64,000 bases of DNA from Squalus acanthias (lineage: Eukaryota). The notes under the pieces are model-generated. The model made no database searches and was not told the DNA's origin. It worked only from the letters and a program-made list of their open reading frames with translations. Position 1 is the stretch's first letter, and each line of letters begins with the position of its first letter. A program made the position numbers and the translations under genes. Positions 26,506 through 40,450 of this stretch are shown here, one piece after another. The DNA is taken from assembly GCA_030390025.1 (NCBI GenBank), contig CM059446.1, positions 53,568,001-53,632,000 on the forward strand, read 5' to 3'.

Positions 26506-29211
26506 TACCCACTGAGTTCTGTCTTTTGTTTTGGGGGCAGAGGGGGAGAACATAAACCGCCACTGGACTTCAATCCGACAGAAGCCGCCTAAATTTCCTG
26601 GATGATTTTTAAAAAATCTACACCCACTAGTAGTAAAATGTTAACTGAGTGTACCACCAGTACCATGAATACCAAACCCAGTCCACATAATAGGAAAATC
26701 CAGCTAACTCTGGTGACCCAAGTCAATCACTACTTGAAGTCAATAATACATCACCCCAAATGCAGCCTGTGTAACCTACAGCAGAATTAGTATTCATGAT
26801 GTCAACACCCAGTGAATAAGTAATCCCCCTTTCCTAAGCAAGTAAAATAGGATACCCTGCTCAATAACCGCAGTATTTACATACAATGATAAAAGGTATC
26901 CTAATGATTTGAGAGACTGTGATCCAGTCCACTTGTGCTGCTAATACAAAATATCAAATTCACTGCAGTAATTTGCCTCAAAGCAAATAAGAAAAACATT
27001 CATCTCAAAATTGACCATTAAGCAACAAGATTTGGAATTGTGAAATTAAGCGTTCCCCCCACCCAAGTTTACACATTTTCTATCCTAACAAGATTAGATT
27101 AAAAAAAATGTTGTTGCATTTCATCCGGGCAAGCCTAACACGTGAACAATGCAAAATGAAATTAATATCTACATTCACCATCAATTCATTTAAAAATCAC
27201 AGCTCTTCACACATTCAAGTGTTTCAACTATTAACTATTTGCAATGTTTCAACTTGGGTTTAAAGAATTTCAGTCAGCAAAGAAAAGCAAAACTTCTAAT
27301 TCCAAAGCAGTTCCAGTAACATTTTCATGCAGAAGTCATTCCTTGTAACTATAGGGATGTCACCATAAAAAGGAAAAGTTGAAAATAAATTAAACATACG
27401 TGGAGATGAACATGGGTTCTTCTCAGGAATCTCTACATGACAAGTTCTTGATCTAAAGCACGCTTTCTGGAAAGGTGCAAAGTGGAGCAAACAAGCTTCC
27501 ACTGAAGGAGGGTGGCAAAGCACTCCAGGTCAAATGCAAGTCAACCTACACATCATGCGCTCATGCATGTTTCAGCAACCTGCTCAAGAACAGCATAGGG
27601 AAATGTCTGGAAACACATCAGTGTGTGAAATGATGTGCAAAAATAAACAAGGAGACTGGCGAAAAATCACTTTAGGGAATGAGGGGGAAAGGGAGAGAAG
27701 CATCATAGTTCACTGGTTACAGAAATATAACTTTAATTGTCCCCATAAAGTGCGGCCTCAACTTGTTTTCTGTTGATCGTATTAAGATTACATATTACAA
27801 TAGGGAAATTTTTCCTACTAATTGTCTCCCTTTCTGAAGCACCAAATGCTGCTAGCATTGTTTAATGGGCTTTGGCTGCCACCGATACCTCACCCAAGTG
27901 GCCACTCTTCATGCATGATCTCAGTGTTGGCAGACTATTAAACTGTAGGCAGCATCGTGGCCAAAACCAATTTTGTCCACAAATAAGTGCTTTGCCACTA
28001 GGCTGACCCAACATTGATGAGGAATAGAAACACCGATTTTTCTCCACCTCCCTAGTCCAAGGGTGCCAGTGTAGCACTGATAATTGATTCAGGGGGCGCT
28101 ACACCAGGGATAAAAATGGTAAGATATTCATGGGTTTAACAGATTGTGATGCAGAGCATCACAACACAAAATTGTGACATCCCCAAGCAGCTCCAATCAT
28201 AATCTCCTCTAAAGCTGAAAATAACAGCTACACAGCAAATATAACATTCTGCAGTTTGTTTACATCCATTCCCACACAAGAAAGGCAGCAGGAAAATGTG
28301 AAATGGTGCACAGTATAATCAAGATCTGAAATGCTCAACATATTACCAGTCCTAGAATTATGGGTTCCGAGCTGTACAGTAGAACCTTGGGTTATCTGAT
28401 GCCTTGGCAAATTACAGCAATCTCTTATCTCTGGGGTTTACATACATTTGCACACAAATGTAGAACAGTTACAAAAGAAACAGAATGGACAAATTTAAAT
28501 GAAGTGCTGGACACTTCAAAGTATACTCAAACCTTTATGGATGTGTTTAAGAGTCATACACAAAGCATGTTAGAGGGTATTTCATGTGGATTCTTTATTA
28601 ATAAATGTGCTACACGTTTTATCAGTGATCATGGTGTATCACGAGTTTTATAGCAAGGGATTACTGTGTTTTACGTTGCTGAATTTTTAGATAAGTCATG
28701 TTCCACTGTACAGATGTTTGAGCCCATGGCAAGATTATAGTCCAGTGCATTTACTGGAGTGAATTTGAAAGACAGTTTTAAATTTCTTGGTTCTAATATA
28801 TTGCTGAAAGAGCCAAGTGTTAGCTTAGTTTTTGCTATGCCACAATCATAACAAATGACATTTTAACATTGCCAAAAATTACAAAGCTATCCCAACAACT
28901 TTACAGGAAGACTTCTTTGGCTGAATTAGTAGGAAATGAGGCAACACTTGGCAATTTCATTTTTATAAAATGAACAGAAGGGTTAGACTCAGCCAAATGT
29001 GACAATTAACATAGAAGCACTGTGAAATGCAGATCAGCAATATTGCAAGTAAAGATAATCAATGGAGATGTCCAACCAATATTAAGAGTTTCTCTTGTGG
29101 GTAGTATATCAAACCAATGGTTGTTTCTCCATCCAACCCCCCCCCCCCCCCCCCACCCCACTCACAATTTTACATCAAACACCAATGTAGAAGGAGAACA
29201 GGGCAACTTAC

Positions 29212-29341
29212 CAGTCTGTCCAAACTTGGGTTTGCCTCTCCAGTCAAATTTGAAGGCAAGTTGAATGGATCTGCAGACTACAGTGCTAGTGCAGATTGTT
29301 CCAAGGTACTGCATTAGGACATCTCCAGTATTCTCTTCATG
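29212..29341 (-). CDS. CTC1: CTC1 penultimate coding exon: HEENTGDVLMQYLGTICTSTVVCRSIQLAFKFDWRGKPKFGQT
   Basis: 130 nt, ttgcAG and G|GTAAGT. Resembles human [21 protein letters not shown]. Confidence 0.92.
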
Positions 29342-32044
29342 CTGCAATTTAGAGAAACAAAGGTTAATTAAGCTGTCATTACTCAGACTGTAGCATGGCT
29401 GGTTATATGCAATTCTTTATTTTCTAACAATCTTTTGAGTTTGTTCATCCCTTTAACAGAATGCCAAGCATTCTGCTGATAAAATGGCAACCTAAGTTGC
29501 AATCCTGGTAATTATAGATTAACCACAGTTAAAACCATTGGTTTCAAAAAAGGAACTACATCAACACATTGCCATTTAGTCCTAAAAAGTACAATAGATT
29601 TCTTTGTTGGAAAACAAAAAGGGAGGATCAAAACCCATTACACAGGATAGGCACCAAGGTTGAAGAGTAAAAGAGAAAGTAAGGCAAACAGTGATTTGGT
29701 AATGCCAAGCTTGGTTTAAAAGTCTGAAGGTTATATGAGGGAGGGATGATTGAGGGATGTAATGAGTTCCACTGTTTAATAGGCTTTGGAAATATTCAGT
29801 TATGAGTAGGAGGTGGAACAATGAGTCATGATTGCAAAACAAGTATCTAGGGAGGAAGAGCATGTACGATATCATATTTGGAGTTTAAGAAAGAGAGAAA
29901 AACTCAAGAGGAACACGGACCACACCATTATTGATGAGGAGGAGTGAGGGAGGAGAGGGAGAAAGAAAAAAGAAAGCAGCTTGTGAGTTAAAGAGCAGTG
30001 AAGGCTAGAGATGAGAGGCTGCCCACCAGACAACAAACATTTTCTTGTATCCAGTTCAAGAGTGCCAAAGAGTTATTAGAGAAGCCAACTCAGACATAGG
30101 GACAGTATTCTAGACTTAACAGGATAAAAAAGGTGCAGCACAAATGCAAGTTCATGTCCCCAGGACATCCCAAAGTGCTTTACAGCCAATGAATTAGCTT
30201 TTGAAATAGTCACGGTTGTTATGTAGGCAAAGCTAAGAGTCACTGAGAAGCAGCATTTGGCACAAAAGCAGAAAACTATTTTCTTTGAGGTACTTTCAAC
30301 AAAGGAAGTGAAGTGAAAGTTCCATTTGAGATCAAAGGAGAAAGGACAGGAATATTGGTAAAGTGGAACTTAGACTAAGGGTAGAGCCAAAGGCAGGAGA
30401 GGGTAGCAGTTGGTTAGTCCTGCAAGCGACAAAGAAACTATCTCTCTGGAGAAAAGAAATTTTTTTCATGGTCCCACTGCAGGTCATACATGCGATTAAG
30501 CTATAGTGCAGTCAACCACATCACTTGAGAGGACTGGAGAATGGATGCACTGAGGTCATGCAATCTGAAGGAAGTCAGTTAATGTAGAGTGGAATAATTA
30601 GCAAAAAAATGGATAGGGTGGATGCTAGAGAAGCAAGTCATCAATAGGAAGAATGTGCACAGTGGGAGAGAGGCAAAGCCATGGGTTGATGGAAAAGGAA
30701 AAGATGTGGAAGATGAGCAATCAACTGCAGCAGTGTGATTTGACAGAAAACCATACAATTGTAACTGGTTTAGAACTATAGTGCCATATTCTGTTTAGGG
30801 AAACGATGGATGATTCACCAACGTGTCCTCGTACAAAGTTCCAGAAGTATGCAAAATTAACAAAATTGTTGGAATGACCATGCTGAACCCCATACATTTT
30901 AGGCCAGGACATTCATTGATGTTTTAAGAGTTAACATTAGCGTCCATGGATTTAGAAAGTCATGATTTAAGGGCAATGGGACAGTAGCTTGAAGAGCAAG
31001 ACAATAAGCTTCTTCAGGGATAGGGTCAACAGGATCAAATTCCAAAGGACTATTAATTTTCAAGATAAATACTCAATTGCTTCAAAATGAGAAGACGGGA
31101 AAGAGAGCACTCTTGGTGCTTCACTGTATAGCATGTTTTGACCCTTGAAGTTAAAATAAATTATTCGCCTTTTAACAAATTGCTTCAACAACAACTTGCA
31201 TTTATATAGCGCCTTTAATGTGGTAAAATTTCCCAATAATCTTTGATCATCAAGTGAGTTCCTAGCCACACCATTATGTCCTAGAGGGCAAGGACAGTTG
31301 CCAGTCATTCTGGTTGGTACCTGGAACAAGTTAGTGAAAAACAGTCCATGTACCAGCACAAACAGGCTTTTTGTTAACTCCGTATTATTAGAAGCTTTCT
31401 ACTTGGCATTAAATTCTACCAATAAAATTAATCTGATTAAATGTGTTCTCCAAACTGCAAAAACACATTTTGAAGCAAAAATGCTGGTGCAACAAGATTG
31501 AAACACCTTTCCCCAAGTGACCCTGTATCAATGAAAATATATACATTTCAACACAATTCTGGTGAATTTCGGCTTTTCCTGATGTAGGCTTGCTCTCATG
31601 AGAATGGACAAGATTAGTCTGTACAGTTAACCATGTAAAATGGTTGATGCATTACAAAAAATTAGACCTGACCAGACTAGTGAAGTGAATTTGGATGTAT
31701 TTTAACCAGAATACACACTGCTTCACCTTACTCATCTTGATTGGTCGTAAACTGGATGAGATTATTTTAAGACAGGTATTTTAAAAAGTAATCGGTGATT
31801 CCAAGGAAATTCAGCATGAAATCATGTTTTTCAGACTACAGAACAGTAGAGCTCCCAGAGCCTTAGCTTCTTTCAGAAAACAGGAGATGTCCCACTGAAT
31901 ATACTTAACAGCAAGAGGTGGCAATGGAAGTGTTCAGCTAGGTGAAGAGGTTAGATTTTAATACATCTAGTCTGCCATGAATTACGAAATGGGCCAAAAA
32001 TGGTAGCACCAATTGGGAGGCCAGCTGTAGAATACCTTTTTTTT

Positions 32045-32262
32045 TTGAAGAGGAGCAGGAAATTCCTGTGTTCTGGCCAATATTTCTCTCAAACCACCAC
32101 CAAAAACAGATTAACTGGTCATCCATCTCATTTCTGTTTGTGGAACATTACTGTGCATAAAATGGCTACTACATTATCCGATATAACATCACTCAAATGT
32201 ATTGGGATGTGAAGCAATCTGGGACATTTGAGAAAAGGTGCTACATCAATAAAAATTCTTGC
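32045..32262 (+). mobile_element. DeuSINE fragment
   Basis: Similar to 24490-24720. Confidence 0.65.
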
Positions 32263-32424
32263 TGTGACTTAGTATCATTCCTGTGAATGTAGAGTGAAAA
32301 GGTAGAGAGAGAGAAATTCTGTGCCCAAGGGAGTTAAAGACAAGATCGCTCTGAAAATAAAAGTTTTGAAAGGTTATCCTGGATAAAGGATCCTAATAAA
32401 AAGGAGAGAAAGGCATTCACTCAC

Positions 32425-32590
32425 CAGTTCATGTCCAGTGCGGCCCTGGTACTGAAAGTATACCTTCCCCCGTGGGCCAACGTGTTGTTGCAGTCCTTCC
32501 CACTCTGTTGAGCTGAGTGCTAGCAGGTCTGCCACCTGTTTGTCTTTACAGTGAACTCGTGCCTCTGCAGTTCCATCCTCCACAATAACA
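32425..32590 (-). CDS. CTC1: CTC1 exon: VIVEDGTAEARVHCKDKQVADLLALSSTEWEGLQQHVGPRGKVYFQYQGRTGHEL
   Basis: 166 nt, ttgcAG and CTG|GTGAGT. Contains the diagnostic VEDGTAEA motif. Confidence 0.95.
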
Positions 32591-32999
32591 CTGCAACAAA
32601 ACAGTTCCCAGTATTAACCTAGGTCATTGACTCATTATCACAGACCACTGTAATCACTAATGCTCTTTTCCTGGTGCAAATCTGTATACCCAGAAACAAC
32701 ACTTATGAGAAGCCCAGTAGTACATAGAATGGGAAAAGTTGTTGTTTATTCTATAAAGGTAGGCCCCGCATCCAAGCATGAAAGTCATGTTGGTTATTTG
32801 GGTTTTGCAAGTGAAATAATTTAGCCTTCAATCTCATGATTCTGTTTGTACATGATCTGCAATAGGAACTGCCGAAAATCATGTTTTAATTGGATACTTC
32901 CAAGATCAAAAAAAAACATACAGCTTCAAGTTTGTAGCACTGGAAAGGAAACTGTTGAAGCAGAAATATCAATTAAATAGGGGAGGGGAGGAATAAAGG

Positions 33000-33960
33000 G
33001 AGGTGATGTTTCAGAGACGGAAGTAAGGAGTTATGGTGAAGGGCTGTTCATGCGGTTTAAAGCTCAGTTCACAGTGGAGAAGAATATTAAGGCTTGTGCA
33101 CTTTCAGGTTGAGCTTCAACAAGATTCTAAACAGGGGGCAGGATCAGGGGCTTGAGCACAAAGTCTCTGACAGTGGCCAAATAGGATGGCTTCAATCTTA
33201 CCAATATTGAGCTATAAATAAAAATCTAGCTCACCCACAACTCTGACGACAGGCAATATAACACCTCAAGATTGGTCGTGGAGCAGTAAAGATGGATTTT
33301 GTCAACATGCACATCAAAGCTGAACCTATGTGTACAGATAACGTCGCTGAGCAGCAAGACTAGAGCCTTGAGGCACACTAGAATTGACTGTGTGGATATG
33401 GGAGAAGGAGCTATTGTAGGAAATGTACCAGCAACATTGGGACAAGGAGAAATGGAACCACGAGAGATCAGTACATGACTATGGAGAACAGCCAATGGAG
33501 TGAAGAGTGTGGCTAACTATGTCAAACATTGCAGTAGGTCCAAAAATGGGATAATGCACATGGTCACAGTCACACAGACTGCCCTTGGTGACTGTCCTGT
33601 GGATGGGGCAGAAACTAGATTCAAAGGAACTGAACAGAGTAGACAGAAAGGAGAACACGCAGTTGGGATGCGATGACACATTCCAGAAACAGAGAGGAAA
33701 GGGAGGTTGGAGATGGGTGATAGCTAGAGGACAGAGGGATCAACAGAAGGTTTTGAAAGGAGTTGGGTGATTATAGCAGTTTTAAAAATGGAAAGAACAA
33801 TGCCTAGGGCGAGAGAGCAGCTTACTATATCAATGATCACCAGGTTAAGTAGTTCAGCGATCAGGAGCGAGTCAAGAGAGCAGGAGGTGGGTCCCATGGA
33901 AGAGTTAAGTTTAGTGAATGCTGTGGTGGAGATAGGGGCAAAGTTGGAGTGTTGCAAGGT
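33000..33960 (-). mobile_element. L2 LINE fragment, degenerate
   Basis: PTSCSLD..DIVSCSLALGIV..FKTAIITQLL and VHVDKIHLY remnants. Confidence 0.7.
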
Positions 33961-34534
33961 CTGAACTGGAGCAGAAATGCAAGCTAAACTTATGATACAA
34001 AAACACAAGAATCTTCATCCTAAATTCCACTTGATCTCTATACCAGGCCGTTAATCAGTACTATTTTTATCCACAGCAGACAGAGTTTGGAACGGATACC
34101 TGCATGTTGAGGCGAATGGTCACAGTGCATTAAAATCTACCACAAAAACCACAGCAAACTGTTTTTAGAGCTTTCTTTCTTTCCTTCCTGTCATTGTCGT
34201 GTCACAGGAAGCTAACTGCAAAATAAACGTGCACCTTACGGCACAAGCTGCAGTTTGCCGGTGTCAGCTCAAACCTTTAACTGTAATGGCAATTTTACAC
34301 CAACTTACACCTCATCCCTTCTCGGGAACACATCTTGAATGTGCTAACTTAGTTTGTACATTACAAAATGTGACATTTCTGCATGTCACCAGTAAATGCA
34401 AAATGCTTTGAAGGACCGCTGAAGAAAAGTCTGTTTAAATAGTAACTGTTTAAGAACAGTACTGCTGCACACTTTCCATTTCAACAGCTTGTGTGTGACA
34501 AGAGTAGGTGTTCGCAGTAAAGAGCCTATTCATA

Positions 34535-34665
34535 TTCTGACGAAAGATCAACCTGAAACGTTAACTCGGTTTCTCTCTCCACAGATGCTGCCTGACCTGC
34601 TGAGTGTTTCCAGCATTTTCTGTTTTTCTATCAGATTTCCAGCATCTGCAGTATTTTGCTTTTCT
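34535..34665 (+). mobile_element. Penelope-like short repeat with hammerhead-like core
   Basis: CTGACGAAAGATCAACCTGAAACGTTAAC..CAGATGCTGCCTGACCTGCTGAG. Related copies at ~36420-36530, ~36935-37075, ~39140-39320, ~52005-52085, ~63720-63920. Confidence 0.6.
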
Positions 34666-35875
34666 ATTCATGCAATGTATTGGCTTGGGGCAAATTGGTT
34701 TAAACACTTTTGCCCACTGATATTTTTTTATGCTTATTTTTCCAATTAAGCTACATCTGCTAACACTCACTGTAAGCGACTTTGTATTTACAAGCTGCAT
34801 CCCGAACCAAATGGAGACAGAGTCGAGTCCAAGATCTAAGGTGGTTTTTCAAAATTTTTATTAAGAAACTGAGGTGATTGCGCAATTCCATTGTGAAAGG
34901 CACGAACCAGTTGAGAAGAGGAATAAAGATAAAGGTAAATCAAAGTAGTAATTCGTTGTTGCCAAACTTGGGCTTTAAAAGCCTGAAGATTGTCAGACGA
35001 AGGAAAGATTGAGAGCTAAGGAGTTCCACAATTTCAAAGTGCTCAAATAAAGTGAGAGGAGGTGAGGTGATAAATCATTTAAACCCACTAAGAATGCAGG
35101 GAAGGAGGAGTTTGTAGGACTAAGTACTTCCAGCTGAGTCAGTTCCTGACCAAAAGCTGAAATTTGTCAGACTGCAGAAGTCATCCATCTCAGGCAAGAG
35201 GAAAGAATATTGTTCACATGCCATAATGCAAATATGCCTCCAGGCAAATGACTGGAGAGTGAAACCTTGGCAGCAACAATAATAGTCAGTCAAGAGGGCT
35301 CCCTATTTAAGGAAGATCATGTGGGAAAAGATGATCCATCTGGTGGGTAGTGAAAGTTTGAAAGGGGGTGTGGGGGGAGGAAGGGGGTGGAAAACAAGAA
35401 AATGTTGAGAGAAATAAAAGTCCAAATCAAAGTCCATGGCATATACCATGAAACAACCATTGTTTTCCCAAACCTAAATGTGCCAGTGAAATGAATGTTG
35501 TGTCCAATTTGTGGTATGGGACATTCCAACTTGCATGTGTTCTGTCTAAACCTCATCAAGTGCATTCATCTGGAGCCGTGTGATTAGCCAATAGTCATAT
35601 CACTGGGGGAAAAAGTAACATAGGAAACATTTTGAACTAATCCGCTGGCTGTGGTTATGTTACAATAATTTGAAACATATTGTGTGCAAGAACCTGTAGA
35701 AAACAGGTAAAGAAAATGGTGTGCCCGGACAAGACATATTCCAGCTTTTGAAAAAACGATGATCTTCTCTGACTTGCACAAACAATGTTTTGGCAACGTG
35801 ATCACCATAGTGAAGCATAGAATGATTCGAGGTGATCATTTTGTTTAAATCAGGTTCCCAATCCTTGATGCTTAC

Positions 35876-35940
35876 TTTGCATTAGCACGAAATACACCAT
35901 CTGCAGACAGACACGGTCCAGAACTTCTTGTGCACCTTCC
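35876..35940 (-). CDS. CTC1: CTC1 exon: GRCTRSSGPCLSADGVFRANA (second half of Zn-ribbon)
   Basis: 65 nt, ttAG and GTAAGC. Resembles human GKCTRLGSTC. Confidence 0.92.
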
Positions 35941-36589
35941 CTAACCATAGAAATCAAATCATAACTTGGTTATTAAATTCATTAATAAAAAGTGCAATTA
36001 TATCTACAACAGACTACTTTTGAAAATGTAAAATATCTTTTTGCTTCAAATTTGATGCATCTGCACACACTACTTTTATGGTTCATCCTGAAGTACAGGA
36101 AAGATTTGGTTAAAATATCCAAATTCATGAGAATTCTGGCTCTTAATTTCACTTTATATTTTGATGCCCCAGTCTAATATGATTTCCAACATAATTCTGT
36201 ATCCTTTGTGATGGAAGTGTTTGGATCCATGTGCTTTGTCGTTGGATCACTGAGATCATTTGCAGAGAATTCTAGTTAAAATATCCCTGTGACAGATTTG
36301 TACTCCCTTGTTATCTTGTAACACTTGAAATTGACTTTTTGTAACTTTGAATTCTATGTAAAATTGTATAGCACAGGCTCAGCACAATCTGGACACAGAA
36401 GAAATTGAATCTTCCTGGTATAAGACAAGTTAACATTTCATCTGGAGACCCTTTGTATGTCAGTTAACTTGTATTTCTCTCTTCAGATACTGACAGACCT
36501 GTTATGTATTTCCAGCATTTTCTGTTCTACATACCAACTCAAGTAAAAATGAGGTTCCTGTCATTTCTAAACTTAAAATTAAAACAAAC

Positions 36590-36767
36590 CTGTTTAAAAA
36601 TGCTGCTGCAACAACTGCACACCCACTGCAGTTTCAGCCACCGAACATTAACCACGTGGCAGCAAACAATCCCTCGTAGGCGATTCTCTCGTCCGGAGAT
36701 TAAATTTCCAAGATAGAGCAGGGGCAGCTCTGAAATGGCTGTATTTGTTGATAAACTGGAAACAGAC
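36590..36767 (-). CDS. CTC1: CTC1 exon: SVSSLSTNTAISELPLLYLGNL...CHVVNVRWLKLQWVCSCCSSIFKQ (first half of Zn-ribbon, CxxC)
   Basis: 178 nt, ctacAG and CAG|GTTTGT. Resembles human [24 protein letters not shown]. Confidence 0.94.
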
Positions 36768-38863
36768 CTGTAGAAAAAGTCAACAGTTTCAGAAGAGACA
36801 ATGAAACCCAAAGCCACTAATGTCAAATTTAACCAGTTAAATGAGATAATTGAATCAAATAAAAATAATTGCAGATGTCAATTGCTCACTTGAAATAGAA
36901 AATGTCAAAAGTTCAAAGCAAAAGGAAAAGGCTAATTTTGATAGTTCAGGTGTGTACCCTTCATCAGAACTGAAGATGAAAGGATGCACCATCCAAAATG
37001 TCAAAATCTGTCTTGGGTCCTGACAGATGCCGACCAACCTGCTGTATATTTCCAGCACTTAGTTTTTATTTTTGAATCACACAGTGACAAATTATAATAG
37101 TGCATTTAGATGATTGATAATGGAAGTTTCCAAATCAGACAATTTATTTTTAGCCACTGAAGGGACAAGTTAGTGCTCAAAAAAGATAAGAGCTTCGCTC
37201 TGCCCATTACATTTTCAATGTATTTTCTTTCTGCACGAGACCAAACAAGTGAGCAAATGACCTGCTCTCAAGGCTTATTAATTTCCCTACTCCGGTCACC
37301 AAGAATGGCAAGGAGTGACTCTCTCCACGCTGCCTTTTGATGGGACACATGGTCTCCGCTCTGCACCTTACATTCCCAAGCAGCAAGCATAAGATCAGGA
37401 ATTCTCCATAGGGTTGATATTCTGCTGAGCAGCATTTGTCATGCAATGGTTAATCTGCTTCTGTAAATTCTTTTGTGCACATAAATTAAATGTGCTTACG
37501 AATTATGATAAAATAGCAGTTAGCATTTTACACCAGGGTGTGGTAAAGCATTCACAGAATTTCAACCATGTAGGAAATCACAACACAAATCAAGTATCTG
37601 TTCTTTAGTAAACTGACTATGTGCCAATATCTTTTTTTTTATATATAAAACATCAAATGCCATGGTTGCATCATCATAGCCCAGATTAGTTATGCTGTAC
37701 AGAAGGGCCCCCCAATTATATTCACAAACGTGCCACATACCCAATCAATCTTAGCAAGGTCTACACAGGATTGAATTGCAATCCTGTTTTTTTTTAAATA
37801 AAGTGTCTATCAAATTCTACTTGCCTCCATTCCAACCTCCTCTCTCCTTGGTGCTAATTGCAGCAAGAATACTAGTTGAAGTTTCACATAACAATGAGAT
37901 GATGAAAACTCTGAGGCGGGAACTTCCTGCTGTTCATACAAGAAGTTTTACGCACATTTTGTCCTCTGTTAAGACTTAGATTTCGAAATCTGACTTTGCA
38001 CTCAATTCAGTTTAAGCCAAGTGCATCTTTAAAATGGCATTTTAAACTGTCCTTTAATTTCTGACCTTTTTAGAAAGCACAAGTTAAATTTTCCTCCTCT
38101 CAATCCTCATTTTTCCCCCTAACTTATTTCCCTCCTCTCTTTCCTTCCTCGCAACCACCACATTGACAGAAGTCAATGAGAGTCTTGAGCTAAGTTTCCA
38201 GCTGCTGGTAGTAGCAGCTAGATATTTTAACTTTTTGTAAAATGGACAGCAGCTCTCTGTGACATCACCAGTGGTGTGACTGTCCCTCTGGACACAGTGT
38301 AGCAATGATAATTAGTTGCACTGCTCCCAATTCTTGTGTTCTGTATGGTGCATAGCAGGACTTTCAGAATAACAGACGTAGGCCAGAACTTGACTGTGAA
38401 GGCACTTTGTTTGTCCATGCTGGGCTGTGAGGCACTAGCACAGACCTGTGGTTGTGTGTGGGAAACTGCATGAGCTTAAGTCGCTGAATTCTTAGAAATG
38501 TGAAGGCTGGAATTACAAGTCAGCCTACGTTTTTTTACACTGGTCCAATTCAAAAAGATTTTGTTACCCATTATGTTATTTAAGGTACACCAAGTTCAAG
38601 AGACCATAAAATGTGGAAAAGTAACTTTTTCTGAAAATGATACTAAATTATCTGCACTACAGATCTCTTATGCTTTTAAACATAATAGCAATTACCAAGC
38701 TTTGTAATAATTTCCCCAATAGGAACAGGGTGCATCAAGTTTGTTCCCTTAGGAAGTCTAAACGAAATGAATAGTTGAGTACTGCTATGGATGAAAAGGT
38801 TCTTCCATTTTTGTATATTGAGCTTTCACATAAGGCGAGCAAAATGAGAATCAAAATACCAAC

Positions 38864-38941
38864 CTTTCAGCCTCCGGTGAAGGAAATGCAAGGACAGAGA
38901 CACTGCTGAAAGGCACATATTTGCAGTACACATTGTTGTTC
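38864..38941 (-). CDS. CTC1: CTC1 exon: NNNVYCKYVPFSSVSVLAFPSPEAE
   Basis: 78 nt, ttttcAG and AG|GTTGGT. Resembles human [20 protein letters not shown]. Confidence 0.93.
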
Positions 38942-39139
38942 CTGAAAAACAATTTGGAAAAATTCAATTGAAATGGACTTTAAAAAAAAACATATTTGAA
39001 ATGTATCGCAACTATAGATTAAGTGACTTTAGTTTCTATAATTGGATTGGAGAACACTCCTTTAAAAATACAATTGCACACATTAGGCAAGATTGCATCT
39101 GTATCAAGAACAATAAAATCAAACAAGAACCCATTTCTC

Positions 39140-39320
39140 AGTTATAAAATAGAAGATGCTAGGAGCATTCAGCAGGTCAGGAAGCATCTATGGAGAAATG
39201 AAGGGCGGTAAACCTGAAACGTTAACCCGACCTTCCTCTCGCCACAGATGCTGCCTGACCTATGGAGTGTTCCCAACATTTTCGGTCTTTTGTTTCAGAT
39301 CTGCAGCATTTTGCTTTTTG
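39140..39320. mobile_element. Penelope-like short repeat in inverted (fold-back) arrangement
   Basis: AGCAGGTCAGGAAGCATCTATGG followed by its near reverse complement CCACAGATGCTGCCTGACCT. Confidence 0.6.
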
Positions 39321-39489
39321 TGCTCTTTCCTCAGTCACGGGTTTCACTCCAATCCTACAAAGGCCCCCTGATGGCTGGATGGCGCAGTGGGTCAAGCACC
39401 TTTGGAACCTGGGTTTCAATTCATCCAGGACTGATGAAAATTTCAACACTATGCTGGCTGCAAGAATCTTATATGAAATGAATTTGGAC

Positions 39490-40268
39490 CAAGTGAGTGG
39501 GCAAAACTATGGCAGATGGGAGTTTAATGTGGGCAAGTGTGATGTCATCCACTTTGGACCCGAGAAAGATGAATTGGAGTATTTTCTAAATGGTGAGAAA
39601 TGAGGAACTGTAGAGGAGCAGAGATTTGGGAATCTTAGTGCACAAATAATTTAAGGCTTGTAGACGGATACAAAAAGCAATCAAAAATCCTCATGGAATT
39701 TTGGCCTTATCTTAAGGGGGCTGGATTACAAAGAGGAGGAAGTTATGCTTCAGTTGCATAGAGCCTTGGAGTACTGCATTCAGTTTTGGGCACCACCTCA
39801 GGAAGGATATACTGGCCTTGGAGTGGGTGCAACACAGATTCACCAGAATGATAAATTATGAGGACATGTTGCATAAATTTGGCTTGTATTCCCTTGAGTA
39901 TAAAAAGTTTGAGGTGTTTAAAATGTTAAAAGGATTCAATAAGGTAGATACAGAGAAACTATTTCCTCTGGTGGGGGAAATCAAGAATGAGGGGACCTAA
40001 TCTTAAATTTACAGCTAGGCCATTCAGGAGTGAATTCAGGAAACACTTTTTCACGCAAAGGATAGTGGAAATCTAGAACTCACTCCCCAAAATGCTCGGT
40101 CAATTGAAATATTCATGACCGAGATAGACAGATTTTTGTACGGTCAGGGTATCAAGGGACATGGAGCTAAGGCGGGTAAATGAAGTTGAGGTACAGATCA
40201 GGCATGATATGACTGAATGGCAGAGCTGGCTCAAGGGGCTGAATGGCCTACTCCTGTTCCTACGTTCC
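39490..40268 (+). mobile_element. CR1 LINE 3' portion
   Basis: EFNVGKCDVIHFG and VQHRFTRMI remnants; tail GGCTGAATGGCCTACTCCTGTTCC ends ~17 nt from a CTC1 donor site. Confidence 0.85.
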
Positions 40269-40284
40269 TAAATAGAATACTAAC

Positions 40285-40450
40285 CTCGACGTGGTCCTCT
40301 CCAAATCATAAAACGTCACCATGGCTCCTGGCAAAACCCCAAGGGTATAAGATAACTGCACAAGATCTACATAGACATCCAGGGCTATGGCTGTATTGTG
40401 AATGTCACCAACAGTCAACTTCAGACCGCAGTCACCAGGAACAGAAATAC
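40285..40450 (-). CDS. CTC1: CTC1 exon: ISVPGDCGLKLTVGDIHNTAIALDVYVDLVQLSYTLGVLPGAMVTFYDLERTTSR
   Basis: 166 nt, catAG and AG|GTTAGT. Resembles human [33 protein letters not shown]. Confidence 0.94.

Noticed and set aside
27296-27523. ORF considered as the CTC1 terminal exon
   Set aside because: No similarity to the CTC1 C-terminus; the exon at 16504-16649 fits in both phase and sequence.
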